64,000 nt of DNA from Parcubacteria group bacterium. GTDB taxonomy: Bacteria > Patescibacteriota > Minisyncoccia > Moranbacterales > UBA2206. Below the pieces are notes generated by a model. That model was not told the DNA's origin. It ran no database searches and saw only the letters and a program-made list of their open reading frames with translations. The position numbers and the translations under genes were made by a program. The stretch lies in contig JBAZYF010000001.1 in the NCBI GenBank assembly GCA_041659505.1, positions 253,274-317,273 of the forward strand. Direction: 5' to 3'. Of the stretch, positions 9,477 through 19,169 are shown piece after piece; within the stretch, counting starts at the first letter, position 1; each line of letters begins with the position of its first letter.

Positions 9477-10979
9477 CTAATCAACAGTCAACCCAAGTGG
9501 TGAAGCTGGAGCGATCACATCCGAATCAAGCAACAAGAGAGCACGATAAGCGTTGATTCGGCGACCGCCGACGCTGGTGCCATCATCTATTTGCTTGATA
9601 GTAGTAAGCCCAGATTTCACGTCTCCGGTGTTTAAAATTGCACTTTTAACTTGTGAGACCGTGAGCGTTTGATCATATCCCCAAAGCATCGCCGCCAGAC
9701 CAACGGTATAGGGAGCGGAAAATGAAGTTCCATCACCTGAAGCATAATGATACACACCATCCGGATCGTAATATAAGCTATAAATATTTTCCCCCGGTGC
9801 AACAATGTCCACACTGTTTGTTCCGAAGTTGGAAAAAGTTGCCAAAGCATCATTTTGATCTGATGCGCCGACACAAATGACATTGGTCAAAGTCGCACTA
9901 AAATTACATGGATAAACCGGAATGGTGTCATTGTCTGAAGCATCATTTCCCGCCGCCGCAATGACCAGACCGGAAAAACTGGCAATCGCATTTCTCATCA
10001 GGATATCGACGCCGCCATTTTCACCAAAACTCATATTGATAATCTTTGCGCCATTCTCCTGGGCAAACTGCACCGCCTTGACGATTGTCGCTGTGTCAAA
10101 CTCGGCAATGTGCCCGCTGCTTTGTCCATCGGCTTTTAGCGACATCAATTTAACATCGGGAGAAATACCGGTGATTCCGGTGCTATTATTAATCGCTGCC
10201 GCTATTATCCCTCCTGTCATCGTTCCATGTGTATCCATCAGTGCATCAAAAGGATCTTTCTTGTCATAATCAAAATCGTAGCCATACAAGCAATCACCTA
10301 AAAAAACACCGTCCTCATCTTTGCAAAGTGATCCGTCCCATAGATTATTCACATCAAGATCGGGATGCGTATAGTCAAATCCCGTATCGATGTCCGCCAC
10401 AATAACCGGATTTTTTTCTGAATCCGGATCATTCTCATATTTATCCCAAGCCAAGAGCCAGTGGATATCCGCCCCGCTCGTACCCGCAGTTGAGCTGACC
10501 GTTTGCCCGGTATTGTTCAGTCCCCACATGCTTGGCCAACTAGTGTCATTTGGCGGAGTGATTGCCAGGCTTTTGTAAATATAGTTCGGCTGGGCCGTTT
10601 CTACCGCTGAATTTTTTTGCAGTTCTTCCACTTTCTCATCTACCGTTGCGTTGTCGCGGATCTCATAGAGAAAAACTGTGTCCGTGATTTTTTCCTGCTC
10701 ACTAACATTCGCTATGTCTTCTAAATTATTTTTCTTAATCGCTCCCGCCTCTGTGCCTGGATCAATTTTTTCTATTTTATACTCAACCAAAATTTCACCG
10801 CTCCTTTGCGCTGCAGGATTTTCCCCGTCCAATAGAACGGGAGATATCACATCGGCTGTCTCTTTTTTAAAATATTCCGCCAAAATAAAACCGCCAGATA
10901 TGTTTGGACTTACTAGAAGTGAAAACAGCAGCAGAAAAAAAACTATTCTTCCTCCCACCTTTTTGTTTTTGATTTCCAT
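9477..10979 (-). CDS. S8 subtilisin-like serine protease with propeptide
   Basis: VADIDTG (Asp), HGTMTGGIIAA (His), AAAGN (oxyanion), GTSFSAP (Ser). Confidence 0.92.
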   Translation of the reverse strand: MEIKNKKVGGRIVFFLLLFSLLVSPNISGGFILAEYFKKETADVISPVLLDGENPAAQRSGEILVEYKIEKIDPGTEAGAIKKNNLEDIANVSEQEKITDTVFLYEIRDNATVDEKVEELQKNSAVETAQPNYIYKSLAITPPNDTSWPSMWGLNNTGQTVSSTAGTSGADIHWLLAWDKYENDPDSEKNPVIVADIDTGFDYTHPDLDVNNLWDGSLCKDEDGVFLGDCLYGYDFDYDKKDPFDALMDTHGTMTGGIIAAAINNSTGITGISPDVKLMSLKADGQSSGHIAEFDTATIVKAVQFAQENGAKIINMSFGENGGVDILMRNAIASFSGLVIAAAGNDASDNDTIPVYPCNFSATLTNVICVGASDQNDALATFSNFGTNSVDIVAPGENIYSLYYDPDGVYHYASGDGTSFSAPYTVGLAAMLWGYDQTLTVSQVKSAILNTGDVKSGLTTIKQIDDGTSVGGRRINAYRALLLLDSDVIAPASPLGLTVD

Positions 10980-11014
10980 AATTTAATTATACCACGAGTT
11001 TCCCTACCGAGAGA

Positions 11015-11038
11015 TAAAGGCTTCCATAGAGGCCTCTA
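11015..11038. repeat. 24-bp double palindrome, copy 1
   Basis: taaaggcttcca-tagaggcctcta. Confidence 0.75.
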
Positions 11039-11152
11039 TTTTTTGCCTGCACCTGATCCCATCAAGCTAAATACATAAAAAAACTCCCCTGCAGCGTAAT
11101 ACAAATTATTGTTCGCTGAGGGGAGGGTGATCGTAATATATTATGGTCCATT

Positions 11153-12364
11153 TTAATCCCAATCATTGATTATTCCGAAAATTTTATCGAGCCTGTTTTT
11201 GATGTCTTCAAAATTCCCGCGCAACTCATGAAGGGGAATCTTTGCATTCAACACATCAGCTTCCTTTAGCCCCTCTGCCAGATCTAGCGTGTCGTTGAAA
11301 ACTTCAATTCCGCGCAAGATACTTTTTATAACCAGGTCAGTCGCTGACTCCAATTTTTTCCCCTTGCTCTTCTTGCTTCGGCGCTCCTTAACCAAGCCCT
11401 GTTTTTCCGCCTTTAGCCTAACAAGCAGATTGAGAGCATTGGGATGAATAAACTCTTTCTTCCTTTCCTTTTTCAGATTTTGGATTATTTCATAGACTGC
11501 GGACTGGTTTTCTTTCTTGTAATCAACCAGTACCAACGCCTCTCCCTTGGTCAATTCACGCTCTGCAAGCATTTTTATGTAACTCGGGAGCAGATCCAAG
11601 TAACGCCGGATTCTCTGGATGCTTGCAACCGGCTTTCCCATCGCAACGGCGATATCCTCATCTGACAGTTTAAACTCTTCTTCCATGCGCAGTATCGCCA
11701 GAGCCTCCTCGATCGGTGTAAGTGCGACTTTGTTGGCATTATCAGTCACGCAACGTAAAAATATCTGTTTGTCATCCTCAATCTTATAGACCAGGCAACT
11801 GACATGACTGATTCCCGCTTCTTTTGATGCGAGTGATCTTCGCTCTCCTCCAATAATCAATCCGTATGGCATACTGTCGGATTCTTTCCGAATGACAATT
11901 TTTATCGGAGAATCCACGTCGCCGTTGAGCTTGATGGATTTTGCAAGCTCTTTGATTTCTTTTTTATCAAAAAAGATTCGTGTTTGCCGCTTAAGGGGAA
12001 CCAGAAAAGCAAGCGGAATTCTAACTCTGGTCCCTAAAATCAGATTGTCCAATTCGTCGCGTGAGTTGATAGTGTAATAACCATTCTCGCTCAAAGATCT
12101 CAGGCAACCGACTCTCCACTGGGATCTTTTTTGCATTTCAGCAAAATCAACCGGCGCCATTCCGTTTTTAACCCGAAATTTTTTGATCTTTTTCTTTTCC
12201 CCCCTTTCTTCTCTTTGGGCAGCTCTTCTCGCTTCCCTATCCGCTCTTACATCCTCATCCTCTTCTGTCTCATTGAAAGTCCCAGTTCCCTCCTCATTGA
12301 TTTCCTTTAAACTATAGCCTCTTTCAATGTCTTTGAGGATGCTTCCGATATCTCCTTGTTTCAT
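11153..12364 (-). CDS. Orphan ParB/Spo0J-family protein with long charged N-terminal extension
   Basis: Q.R..FD...I.ELA.SI...G, GGERR (CTPase), DN..K..LTPIEEA and an HTH. Start set at ATG 12364 after SD AAAGGAG (ORF track extends to 12469). Confidence 0.85.
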   Translation of the reverse strand: MKQGDIGSILKDIERGYSLKEINEEGTGTFNETEEDEDVRADREARRAAQREERGEKKKIKKFRVKNGMAPVDFAEMQKRSQWRVGCLRSLSENGYYTINSRDELDNLILGTRVRIPLAFLVPLKRQTRIFFDKKEIKELAKSIKLNGDVDSPIKIVIRKESDSMPYGLIIGGERRSLASKEAGISHVSCLVYKIEDDKQIFLRCVTDNANKVALTPIEEALAILRMEEEFKLSDEDIAVAMGKPVASIQRIRRYLDLLPSYIKMLAERELTKGEALVLVDYKKENQSAVYEIIQNLKKERKKEFIHPNALNLLVRLKAEKQGLVKERRSKKSKGKKLESATDLVIKSILRGIEVFNDTLDLAEGLKEADVLNAKIPLHELRGNFEDIKNRLDKIFGIINDWD

Positions 12365-12526
12365 TATGCCTTCTCCTTTCAATAAATGGGTTGATATTTT
12401 AAAGAGCCGTTTATAATCAAAAGTTTTCCTCCCTATATCAAACCTAGCGTAGAAAATTAGAAAAGGCAAGAAATCCCCAATTTAATATAAAAACCAACTG
12501 ACTAAGACTGGTAAGAGATATTGATT

Positions 12527-12550
12527 TAGAGGCCTCTATAGAAGCCTCTA
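12527..12550. repeat. 24-bp double palindrome, copy 2 (inverted relative to copy 1)
   Basis: tagaggcctcta-tagaagcctcta. Confidence 0.8.
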
Positions 12551-12641
12551 AAATTGCAAAAAAAATAACCCACCTCTCACCGTCGACAGTTGTCATTGGT
12601 GAAGGGTGGGTCTTGGTCGTTTTTACTCTCTTGTGGAACGA

Positions 12642-13541
12642 CTAATCCACAAGGCCGTGACCAGTCAATCGCTCGAGCGCTTCCAGATAGCGCGCTCTGG
12701 TTTGCTGGATGATTTCCACCGGCAAATTCGGCGCCGGGGAATCCCCCTTCCAACCGATTGATTTCAAATAGTTACGCAGGGGCTGTTTATCAAAGCTGTT
12801 TTGGCTACGCCCGATTTGATAGGTCGCTTTCGACCAAAAACGAGAGGAGTCTGGAGTCAGCACTTCATCAATGAGAATGAGCTCGCCTTCGTACCAGCCA
12901 AGCTCAAACTTGGTGTCAGCGATAATAATTCCGCAATGCAATGCGTGCCTTGTTGCTTTTTCAAAGAGCCCTAGGCAGATGTCAGCAACTTTGTCAGTGT
13001 TTTTTACTCCGACAATTTTTTGCATCTGCTTAATTGAAATATTTACATCATGTTTTCCTGCTTCGGCCTTGGTCGATGGCATAAAAATAGGCTCGGACAA
13101 TTTTTCTGATTCCTGAAGACCAACCGGCAATTCATGCCCGCAAACCACTCTATTTTCCAGATAGGCTTCCCAGGCTGAACCAGAAATACACCCCCGCACA
13201 ATACATTCCACCGGAAGCGGAGCGGCTTTACGAACCAACATACTTCTCCCAATGAGTTGCTCTTTGAAGGAAGCACAGACCTTGGGGTATCTGTTGACAT
13301 CTGCCGTAATTAGATGGTTGGGTACGATATCACGCAAGTAATCGAGCCAGAAACTTGACATTTGATTGAGGATTACCCCTTTATCCGGTATAGGATCAGG
13401 CAATACTTCGTCAAAAGCGGATATGCGATCAGTGGCGATCATTAAGTTTCCCGCGTACTTAAGATCATACATATCGCGGACTTTCCCACGAGAAACAAGT
13501 TGGAGTCCCGGTAAATAACTTTCAAACATTGGTTGTGTCAT
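12642..13541 (-). CDS. purC: SAICAR synthase
   Basis: GKVRD.Y, ATDRISAFD, PVECIVRG, IADTKFELG, DEVLTPDSSRFW, SFDKQ. Confidence 0.96.
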   Translation of the reverse strand: MTQPMFESYLPGLQLVSRGKVRDMYDLKYAGNLMIATDRISAFDEVLPDPIPDKGVILNQMSSFWLDYLRDIVPNHLITADVNRYPKVCASFKEQLIGRSMLVRKAAPLPVECIVRGCISGSAWEAYLENRVVCGHELPVGLQESEKLSEPIFMPSTKAEAGKHDVNISIKQMQKIVGVKNTDKVADICLGLFEKATRHALHCGIIIADTKFELGWYEGELILIDEVLTPDSSRFWSKATYQIGRSQNSFDKQPLRNYLKSIGWKGDSPAPNLPVEIIQQTRARYLEALERLTGHGLVD

Positions 13542-14125
13542 GCGCGTTCTCCTTTCATTTTTTCTCTCTGTTTTCGCCCGATTTCAAGTGCTTCGCTCAT
13601 TGAACGTCGGACGGCCGGTTTTTGCTCTTTTAAAGTAATGATGGGATAGATTCCGGAAGCTGCATCTTGCGCAGCCCGCAAACATCCCTCCGCTCCCACG
13701 TAATCATTAAAAACTACTTCGGAACCGGGCAGCTCTGTAATACTTCGGATTGCTGTTTGGGTGTGTACCAAATTTTTTGGATCCACGATGGCTACGCCAA
13801 AAATCACGATATGACTGTCTTTGAAAAGATTCCGCAAAAAGGCATTTGCACAACCAGTCAACTGGTTTGCCCAGCCGGCACCGACAATGATGGAATCAAC
13901 TTGCCCGATTAAAATCGGAAGTCTGATTAAAACATCAAGTGGATTTCTATGGATACTGTTTGTCCACTCGTCGAAAAGCCTGACCCGGCCATCATCGGCA
14001 AGCTGCAGCAAAAAATCATGTGCTTCAACTGCCTGCTCCAGATCAGAATCGGAACCAAACATGGTCGCGATTCTCGGCACCTCAATTCTCCGCATTCCTT
14101 CAGGAACTACAAATGAGTTTGTCAT
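13538..14125 (-). CDS. purE: Divergent PurE-family (AIR carboxylase/N5-CAIR mutase) protein
   Basis: GSDSDL, SIHRNP (cf. SAHR.P) and GAGWANQLTG (cf. AG.AAHL.G); ATGA overlap with purC. Confidence 0.75.
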   Translation of the reverse strand: MTNSFVVPEGMRRIEVPRIATMFGSDSDLEQAVEAHDFLLQLADDGRVRLFDEWTNSIHRNPLDVLIRLPILIGQVDSIIVGAGWANQLTGCANAFLRNLFKDSHIVIFGVAIVDPKNLVHTQTAIRSITELPGSEVVFNDYVGAEGCLRAAQDAASGIYPIITLKEQKPAVRRSMSEALEIGRKQREKMKGERA

Positions 14126-14158
14126 ACTTCATTTTCTCCTTTTCAGTTTCATTATTTG

Positions 14159-15619
14159 CTAAAGTTTATTCCCAGCTTCACGATGAGCGATTGAAATTGC
14201 ATTGCCGAGATAGTTTTCTGGCAATGTGAGATATGAGTCGATACCGATATCGGCGTCTGTCATCTTTCGTAACATATCAGTAGTAATTTCTGCATGCTCG
14301 CGTGAATAGTCCAGCACTGCATCAATAAAAGTCCCATCATTAGAAGCCTCCACTATTGGAATAATTTCTTTATTGACAAGATGGTGCGCATCGGGTACTC
14401 CTTCGCGTTGCAAAAAAAGATGAACCAGTTCCGCCACGACCAGTTTGCCTTGAACATCAAAGTTTTTCCGACATTTTTCTGCATCGATCCTCATACTTTT
14501 AAGCACTCGCTTGGCCGTCAAAATTTGCTGAAAAGCATAGACGGCAATAGCCGAGTAGCTTCGCATTACATTTGACCAGCGCAGGTCGCGTTGCAAATCA
14601 CTCACAAGTGTCATTGCGACTTTCATAAACTCTGCGATAACAGACACATGCATTCCGGCCATATTTTCGGCCGCAATTGGATTGGATTTTTTATGTGACA
14701 TTGCTGATGAAGATGAACTTTCGCTCACCACTTCACCAAACTGCGAACTTTGCAAAATCCTGGTGTCCTCACCAAGATTTGCCAGCGCTCCAGAAAGAAG
14801 CACTAGCTCGGAATAAAATCTGGCCATCCCTTCAGGCGGAGCTATCTGAGTACTAACTTCCGCAACCGGAAGTTCTAAAAAATCCATTAAAATTTTTTCA
14901 CCCCATCTGTCTTTTATGAGTGCTCTTTGCGAAGCCGATGTGCCAACCGCCCCGCTAAATTTTCCCGGAACTTCTTTTGATAATACTGTCAATCTGCGTG
15001 CGGAGTTCACATAACGATTGTGCAAATTCGCCAACCAAAAACCTGCAGTAACTGGTAGTGCGGTTTGCAGATGCGTTCTGCCCGCCATAAGCACCTCAGC
15101 ATTTTCTCCAATCCTGTAGCGCCATAATTCGTCCAACTCGTAGAGCTCAGGCAAAAAAACATGCTCAAAAGTAACCTTGAGTTGGAGTGCATAGGCGGTG
15201 TTAATGATGTCATAAGAAGTTGCGCAAAAATGCAACCAGCGATGTAATCTCATTGGTAAAAATACGCGCATGAGCGCAAGCAGAGCTAATATATCATGAT
15301 TAATTCCCGGCTCTCTTTCTTTAGCATCTTGCTTTGTTGTGGTAATTAGGAAGAGCATTTTAATCAACAACTCGTCGGTTAAAAGTTTTGCGTCTTCTTT
15401 CGGCATAACACCGATAAGTGCAAGTACCTTCATCCAAAACCATTCCACGAGGATAAGCCAGCCAGCCCACTGATCATAGCCAAGATAGGGCTTGAGTTTT
15501 TCTGGCTGGTATCTGGGATCCCCTGGCATTTGCAAATTACGTCCATTTTTACCTGATAATCTGTAAAGAATTGTCAGTGCATTTCTCAGATTGTCTTCCA
15601 TAGTTTCCCATCCTTTCAT
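14159..15619 (-). CDS. purB: Adenylosuccinate lyase (divergent)
   Basis: H..ATS.DI..TA, GRTHLQ.A.P.T.G, GKFSGAVGT and SSAMSHKKSNP signature; true start may be ATG 15601. Confidence 0.88.
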   Translation of the reverse strand: MKGWETMEDNLRNALTILYRLSGKNGRNLQMPGDPRYQPEKLKPYLGYDQWAGWLILVEWFWMKVLALIGVMPKEDAKLLTDELLIKMLFLITTTKQDAKEREPGINHDILALLALMRVFLPMRLHRWLHFCATSYDIINTAYALQLKVTFEHVFLPELYELDELWRYRIGENAEVLMAGRTHLQTALPVTAGFWLANLHNRYVNSARRLTVLSKEVPGKFSGAVGTSASQRALIKDRWGEKILMDFLELPVAEVSTQIAPPEGMARFYSELVLLSGALANLGEDTRILQSSQFGEVVSESSSSSAMSHKKSNPIAAENMAGMHVSVIAEFMKVAMTLVSDLQRDLRWSNVMRSYSAIAVYAFQQILTAKRVLKSMRIDAEKCRKNFDVQGKLVVAELVHLFLQREGVPDAHHLVNKEIIPIVEASNDGTFIDAVLDYSREHAEITTDMLRKMTDADIGIDSYLTLPENYLGNAISIAHREAGNKL

Positions 15620-15811
15620 TTTTGGGTTTTTCGGCCAAAAGCCATCTCTAATCGATTTTATATTCCTAAATTGTCAAAAAACAAGCCAGACTTAGTCCGG
15701 CCCTCCTTATGCATAACCTAGCGTAGAAACGAAAAAAAAGCAACAAATGACCCAGGCCACCAAAAAAACGCACCGATAATTAATACAAAGCATATTCAGT
15801 CCAAACCCTAC

Positions 15812-16423
15812 TCATTTTATCCGAGAAACGTTTTTTTGGAAATCATCAAAAGTTGTGTATAAAAAAGATTGCCAACCCAGCTTCTTGGCAGAAATCACAT
15901 TGACTTCTTCGTTGTCCCAAAACATAATTTCTGCCGGCTTAATTCCTTCGATTTCACCAAGATCCTGATGGATAAATTCAAAGAATTTTTTATCCGGTTT
16001 CTTATGCCCTATTTCTGCCGAAGAATAAATTTTATCAAAAATTCTATCAAAACCCATATTGCTTTTCATATACTCTGTTCGATATTTTTCCTGCTGTGTC
16101 CCTAAGTAACATTTAATACCTAGCTCTTTCAGCCTTTTTATCTCATCAATCATTCTTTCATCAATATAGTGTTCGGCCTTAAACCAATAATCAAGCAAGT
16201 CCTCGACTGTCCCGCGCCATTTCCAATCATCGAGCAGTGGTCTCAATTCTTCCTTGAGATCAGCTTTGCCCACCAAGCAATCCTGAAATTTATCCCGAAA
16301 AAATGCCTGGACAACATTACTGGAGACTCCAAATTCTTTCTCATATTGAACGCTGAAATAGCTCGGTGAATCTATCACCACGCCATCCGCATCAAATACG
16401 ACTGCTTTTATGCGTTTCTTCAT
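15812..16423 (-). CDS. HAD-superfamily hydrolase
   Basis: FDADGV (motif I), G.KKP, FWDN; start set at ATG 16423. Confidence 0.85.
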   Translation of the reverse strand: MKKRIKAVVFDADGVVIDSPSYFSVQYEKEFGVSSNVVQAFFRDKFQDCLVGKADLKEELRPLLDDWKWRGTVEDLLDYWFKAEHYIDERMIDEIKRLKELGIKCYLGTQQEKYRTEYMKSNMGFDRIFDKIYSSAEIGHKKPDKKFFEFIHQDLGEIEGIKPAEIMFWDNEEVNVISAKKLGWQSFLYTTFDDFQKNVSRIK

Positions 16424-16424
16424 A

Positions 16425-16595
16425 CTATTTTTTCTTCCAATCACTAATCTCAACCTTACCATGACCCTTGTCGATGATGGAAAGTTTTTGTTTTTCCTTC
16501 CAGCCGTATTTCTCCACGATCTCTTTGGGAATCGTCACGGAAAAACTATACGCACTGGATTTTTTGAGCTTGTGAACATTTTTTTGTTCGGACAT
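16425..16595 (-). CDS. AbrB/MazE/SpoVT-type DNA-binding protein (56 aa)
   Basis: Own translation MSEQKNVHKLKKSSAYSFSVTIPKEIVEKYGWKEKQKLSIIDKGHGKVEISDWKKK*. Confidence 0.75.
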   Translation of the reverse strand: MSEQKNVHKLKKSSAYSFSVTIPKEIVEKYGWKEKQKLSIIDKGHGKVEISDWKKK

Positions 16596-16800
16596 ATTTT
16601 TTTAATTTTAGGGACTTCTATTTCTTTCTCCCATTTTATCACCGCCAAGGCTAAAACACAAAAAACTCCCACCAAGTAGATATTCTTGCTTTTGGCTCCG
16701 CGATCCGCCGGCAGATTTAAGCTAGTTTAAATAAAAAGCGGTCTGACTATATAAGCCCTACCGCTTTAAAATGAACATTCTTAAAACTAAAAGTCCTCAT

Positions 16801-17667
16801 CTAAAACTGTGCTACCGGGAGAACTTTTGCTAATTGCCTAACTTGGTTTTTGTGGATGATGAGCATATCATGCTTTCGCCGATATTTTTCCTTGCTAATT
16901 ACAGGAATGTATTCCTCCCACCAGGATTTTTTTTCGTTAGGTTCAAAAAACCTATAGCCCAGCTTTTGGGAAATACCAATCACCGGACTTGAATCCCAAG
17001 GCGTTTCCCAGAAAGGAGCCAATAGCAGTGCGCCCACTTCTCCCATCCAAAGACGGGCCGCCCACGTTCCGATACTCCCACCATCGATCGATATCGACTT
17101 AAAAGCATTAATCGTTTTCTGGGAAACTTGTGAATATTTACTTTCACGTTCCCGCAAAAGTATATATAATTCCCCAAGATCAACTTCCGGCGGATCAGGG
17201 TTCAGCTTCTCGTACATTTCTAAATCAGTAATTCTCCAGGCGCTGGAAGATTCAGGACGATAGCCAAAAATTTCCCGACTGTTAACATCACCCACATATG
17301 CGGAAACAATAATGCCATTAACAACAAGTGCCACCATTGAACCAACCCCGTGAGATTGACGCCTGATGTAGGCTTTTGTCCCATCAATTGGATCAACCGT
17401 AAAATAGGCGTCTGATTTATTACTTCCCTGTACAACCAAAAAATTTTCTTCACCAACAATTCCGATGTCCGGGAAACATTCCTGGAGAGATTTCACATAT
17501 GATTCCTGCGCCAACGTATCAGCTGTAGTGAAGAAATCATCCATCTCTCCGCCATATCCCATTTTTCCATTAACCTCGAAACTCATAATTTGCCGCCGAG
17601 CGATAACCATGGCCCTTCGTACGAGCTCCTTTAAAATGATCCCTACTGCATGTCCATTAAGATCCAT
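16801..17667 (-). CDS. Inositol monophosphatase/CysQ (FIG) family phosphatase
   Basis: T.AD..AQ, IVGEE, VDPIDGT, PWD motifs; SD AAAGGAG. Confidence 0.85.
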   Translation of the reverse strand: MDLNGHAVGIILKELVRRAMVIARRQIMSFEVNGKMGYGGEMDDFFTTADTLAQESYVKSLQECFPDIGIVGEENFLVVQGSNKSDAYFTVDPIDGTKAYIRRQSHGVGSMVALVVNGIIVSAYVGDVNSREIFGYRPESSSAWRITDLEMYEKLNPDPPEVDLGELYILLRERESKYSQVSQKTINAFKSISIDGGSIGTWAARLWMGEVGALLLAPFWETPWDSSPVIGISQKLGYRFFEPNEKKSWWEEYIPVISKEKYRRKHDMLIIHKNQVRQLAKVLPVAQF

Positions 17668-17811
17668 CTGTCTCTCCTTTCGATTTACCGTTAATAAAAA
17701 TATTAGCCATCTCTCATTAAAAATGGTTTTTTGTTAAAATGCTAGATTTATTATTTAACCACTAACAGCCCAAAAAAGCAAGCGGGAAAATATCTGCTAA
17801 ATATTTTATTT

Positions 17812-17835
17812 TAGAGGCTTCTATAGAGGCCTCTA
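17812..17835. repeat. 24-bp double palindrome, copy 3
   Basis: tagaggcttcta-tagaggcctcta is the exact reverse complement of 12527-12550. Confidence 0.8.
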
Positions 17836-17888
17836 TTTCTTTTTTAATCTTACCCCAATCGTAGCAAAAACACAAAAGAACCCGGCGC

Positions 17889-18980
17889 TTAATAATCCTT
17901 ATATCCCGCATCTTTCAAGTCCTTTTTCGCAGACTTGAGAAACTTTCCAAATTGGCGGTTTTTTTCTTTTTTTTCCAGTCCCGTCATTCCATAGTGCTCA
18001 GTTTCTTTTTTGAGACTGATATAGTTAGCATAGCGTCCTTCATCTAATTGTCCGGAATCTAGCGCCAAAAGCACCGCACAGCCCGGTTCGTGTAGATGCG
18101 TGCAATCGATAAATTTACAATTTTGCGCGAGGGAAGTTATTTCATCAAACAAATTATCAACGCCAGCATTCGCATCAGCCATACCCACTTCACGTACTCC
18201 GGGGTTATCAATCACGATGCCGCCCTGGGATAAGAAATACATTTCTCTAGCAGTTGTCGTATGCTTGCCTCTGCCAGAGCGCACTCCAATGCCCTCGATT
18301 CTCACGATATCTTCTCCGAGTAACCTATTGATGAGCGAAGATTTGCCGACTCCGGATGAGCCTAAGAAACAATAGGTCTGGCCTATGGTGATAAATTTCT
18401 TGAGTTCCGCCAGGCCTTCATCAGTCAATGTGCTGGTTGCGATAACTTTGACGTCTTTCAGTCTGTTTTTAATTTCATTGATTTTCAATTCCAGTTCTTC
18501 TCGGGAAAGCAGATCAATTTTATTGAGAACAACTGCGCCCTGGATGCCACCGGAATTTGCAAGAGCGAAATATCTTTCAATGCGGTTTAGATTATAGTCC
18601 CGAGAAACGGACTCGATGACCAGCGCCACGTCGATATTGGCCGCGATAATTTGCGTTTCCCGCTTTTCACCAGTTCTATTCTTATCTCCAGTTTTTCTTT
18701 TCAACAAGGTTTTCCTTGGCAATATCTTGCGAATCATAGCCTGGTCTTGACCAACTTCATCAAGTGCCACCCAATCGCCCACCGCGGGCAAATCTTCTTT
18801 TGAAACTGCCTCAAACATTTGTTTTCCGGTAACCTTTGCCAAGTATTCACCGCTGACATTTTTGACCTTGTAACCTCCTTTATGCTGAGCAGTCACACGC
18901 GCCACGGCAAAATCAACCAGTCCGAGCTTCACTCGGCTAGTTTCAAAAAAAGCATCATAACCCAAATCTTCGTTTTGCAT
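17889..18980 (-). CDS. rsgA: Ribosome small subunit-dependent GTPase A
   Basis: PAVGDWV, NKIDL, GSSGVGKSSLIN, GKHTTT, DNPG, C.F.DC.H..EPGC zinc finger. Confidence 0.95.
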   Translation of the reverse strand: MQNEDLGYDAFFETSRVKLGLVDFAVARVTAQHKGGYKVKNVSGEYLAKVTGKQMFEAVSKEDLPAVGDWVALDEVGQDQAMIRKILPRKTLLKRKTGDKNRTGEKRETQIIAANIDVALVIESVSRDYNLNRIERYFALANSGGIQGAVVLNKIDLLSREELELKINEIKNRLKDVKVIATSTLTDEGLAELKKFITIGQTYCFLGSSGVGKSSLINRLLGEDIVRIEGIGVRSGRGKHTTTAREMYFLSQGGIVIDNPGVREVGMADANAGVDNLFDEITSLAQNCKFIDCTHLHEPGCAVLLALDSGQLDEGRYANYISLKKETEHYGMTGLEKKEKNRQFGKFLKSAKKDLKDAGYKDY

Positions 18981-19006
18981 TTTTTAGTCAGTTAGTTTAT
19001 TTTAGC

Positions 19007-19030
19007 TAGAAGCTTCTATGGAAGCCTCTA
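19007..19030. repeat. 24-bp double palindrome, copy 4 (inverted relative to copy 3)
   Basis: tagaagcttcta-tggaagcctcta. Confidence 0.75.
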
Positions 19031-19169
19031 GGCCTTTCTTTTATTCTACCTCTGTCGAGGTAAAAACACAAAAATATATCCGGACAAAGATGTCCATTTG
19101 TTTTCTTAAAAAAATAGAGGAGTGCGACTATGTTCATAGCCGCACTCCTTTTTTCAAAGTGTATCTTTT

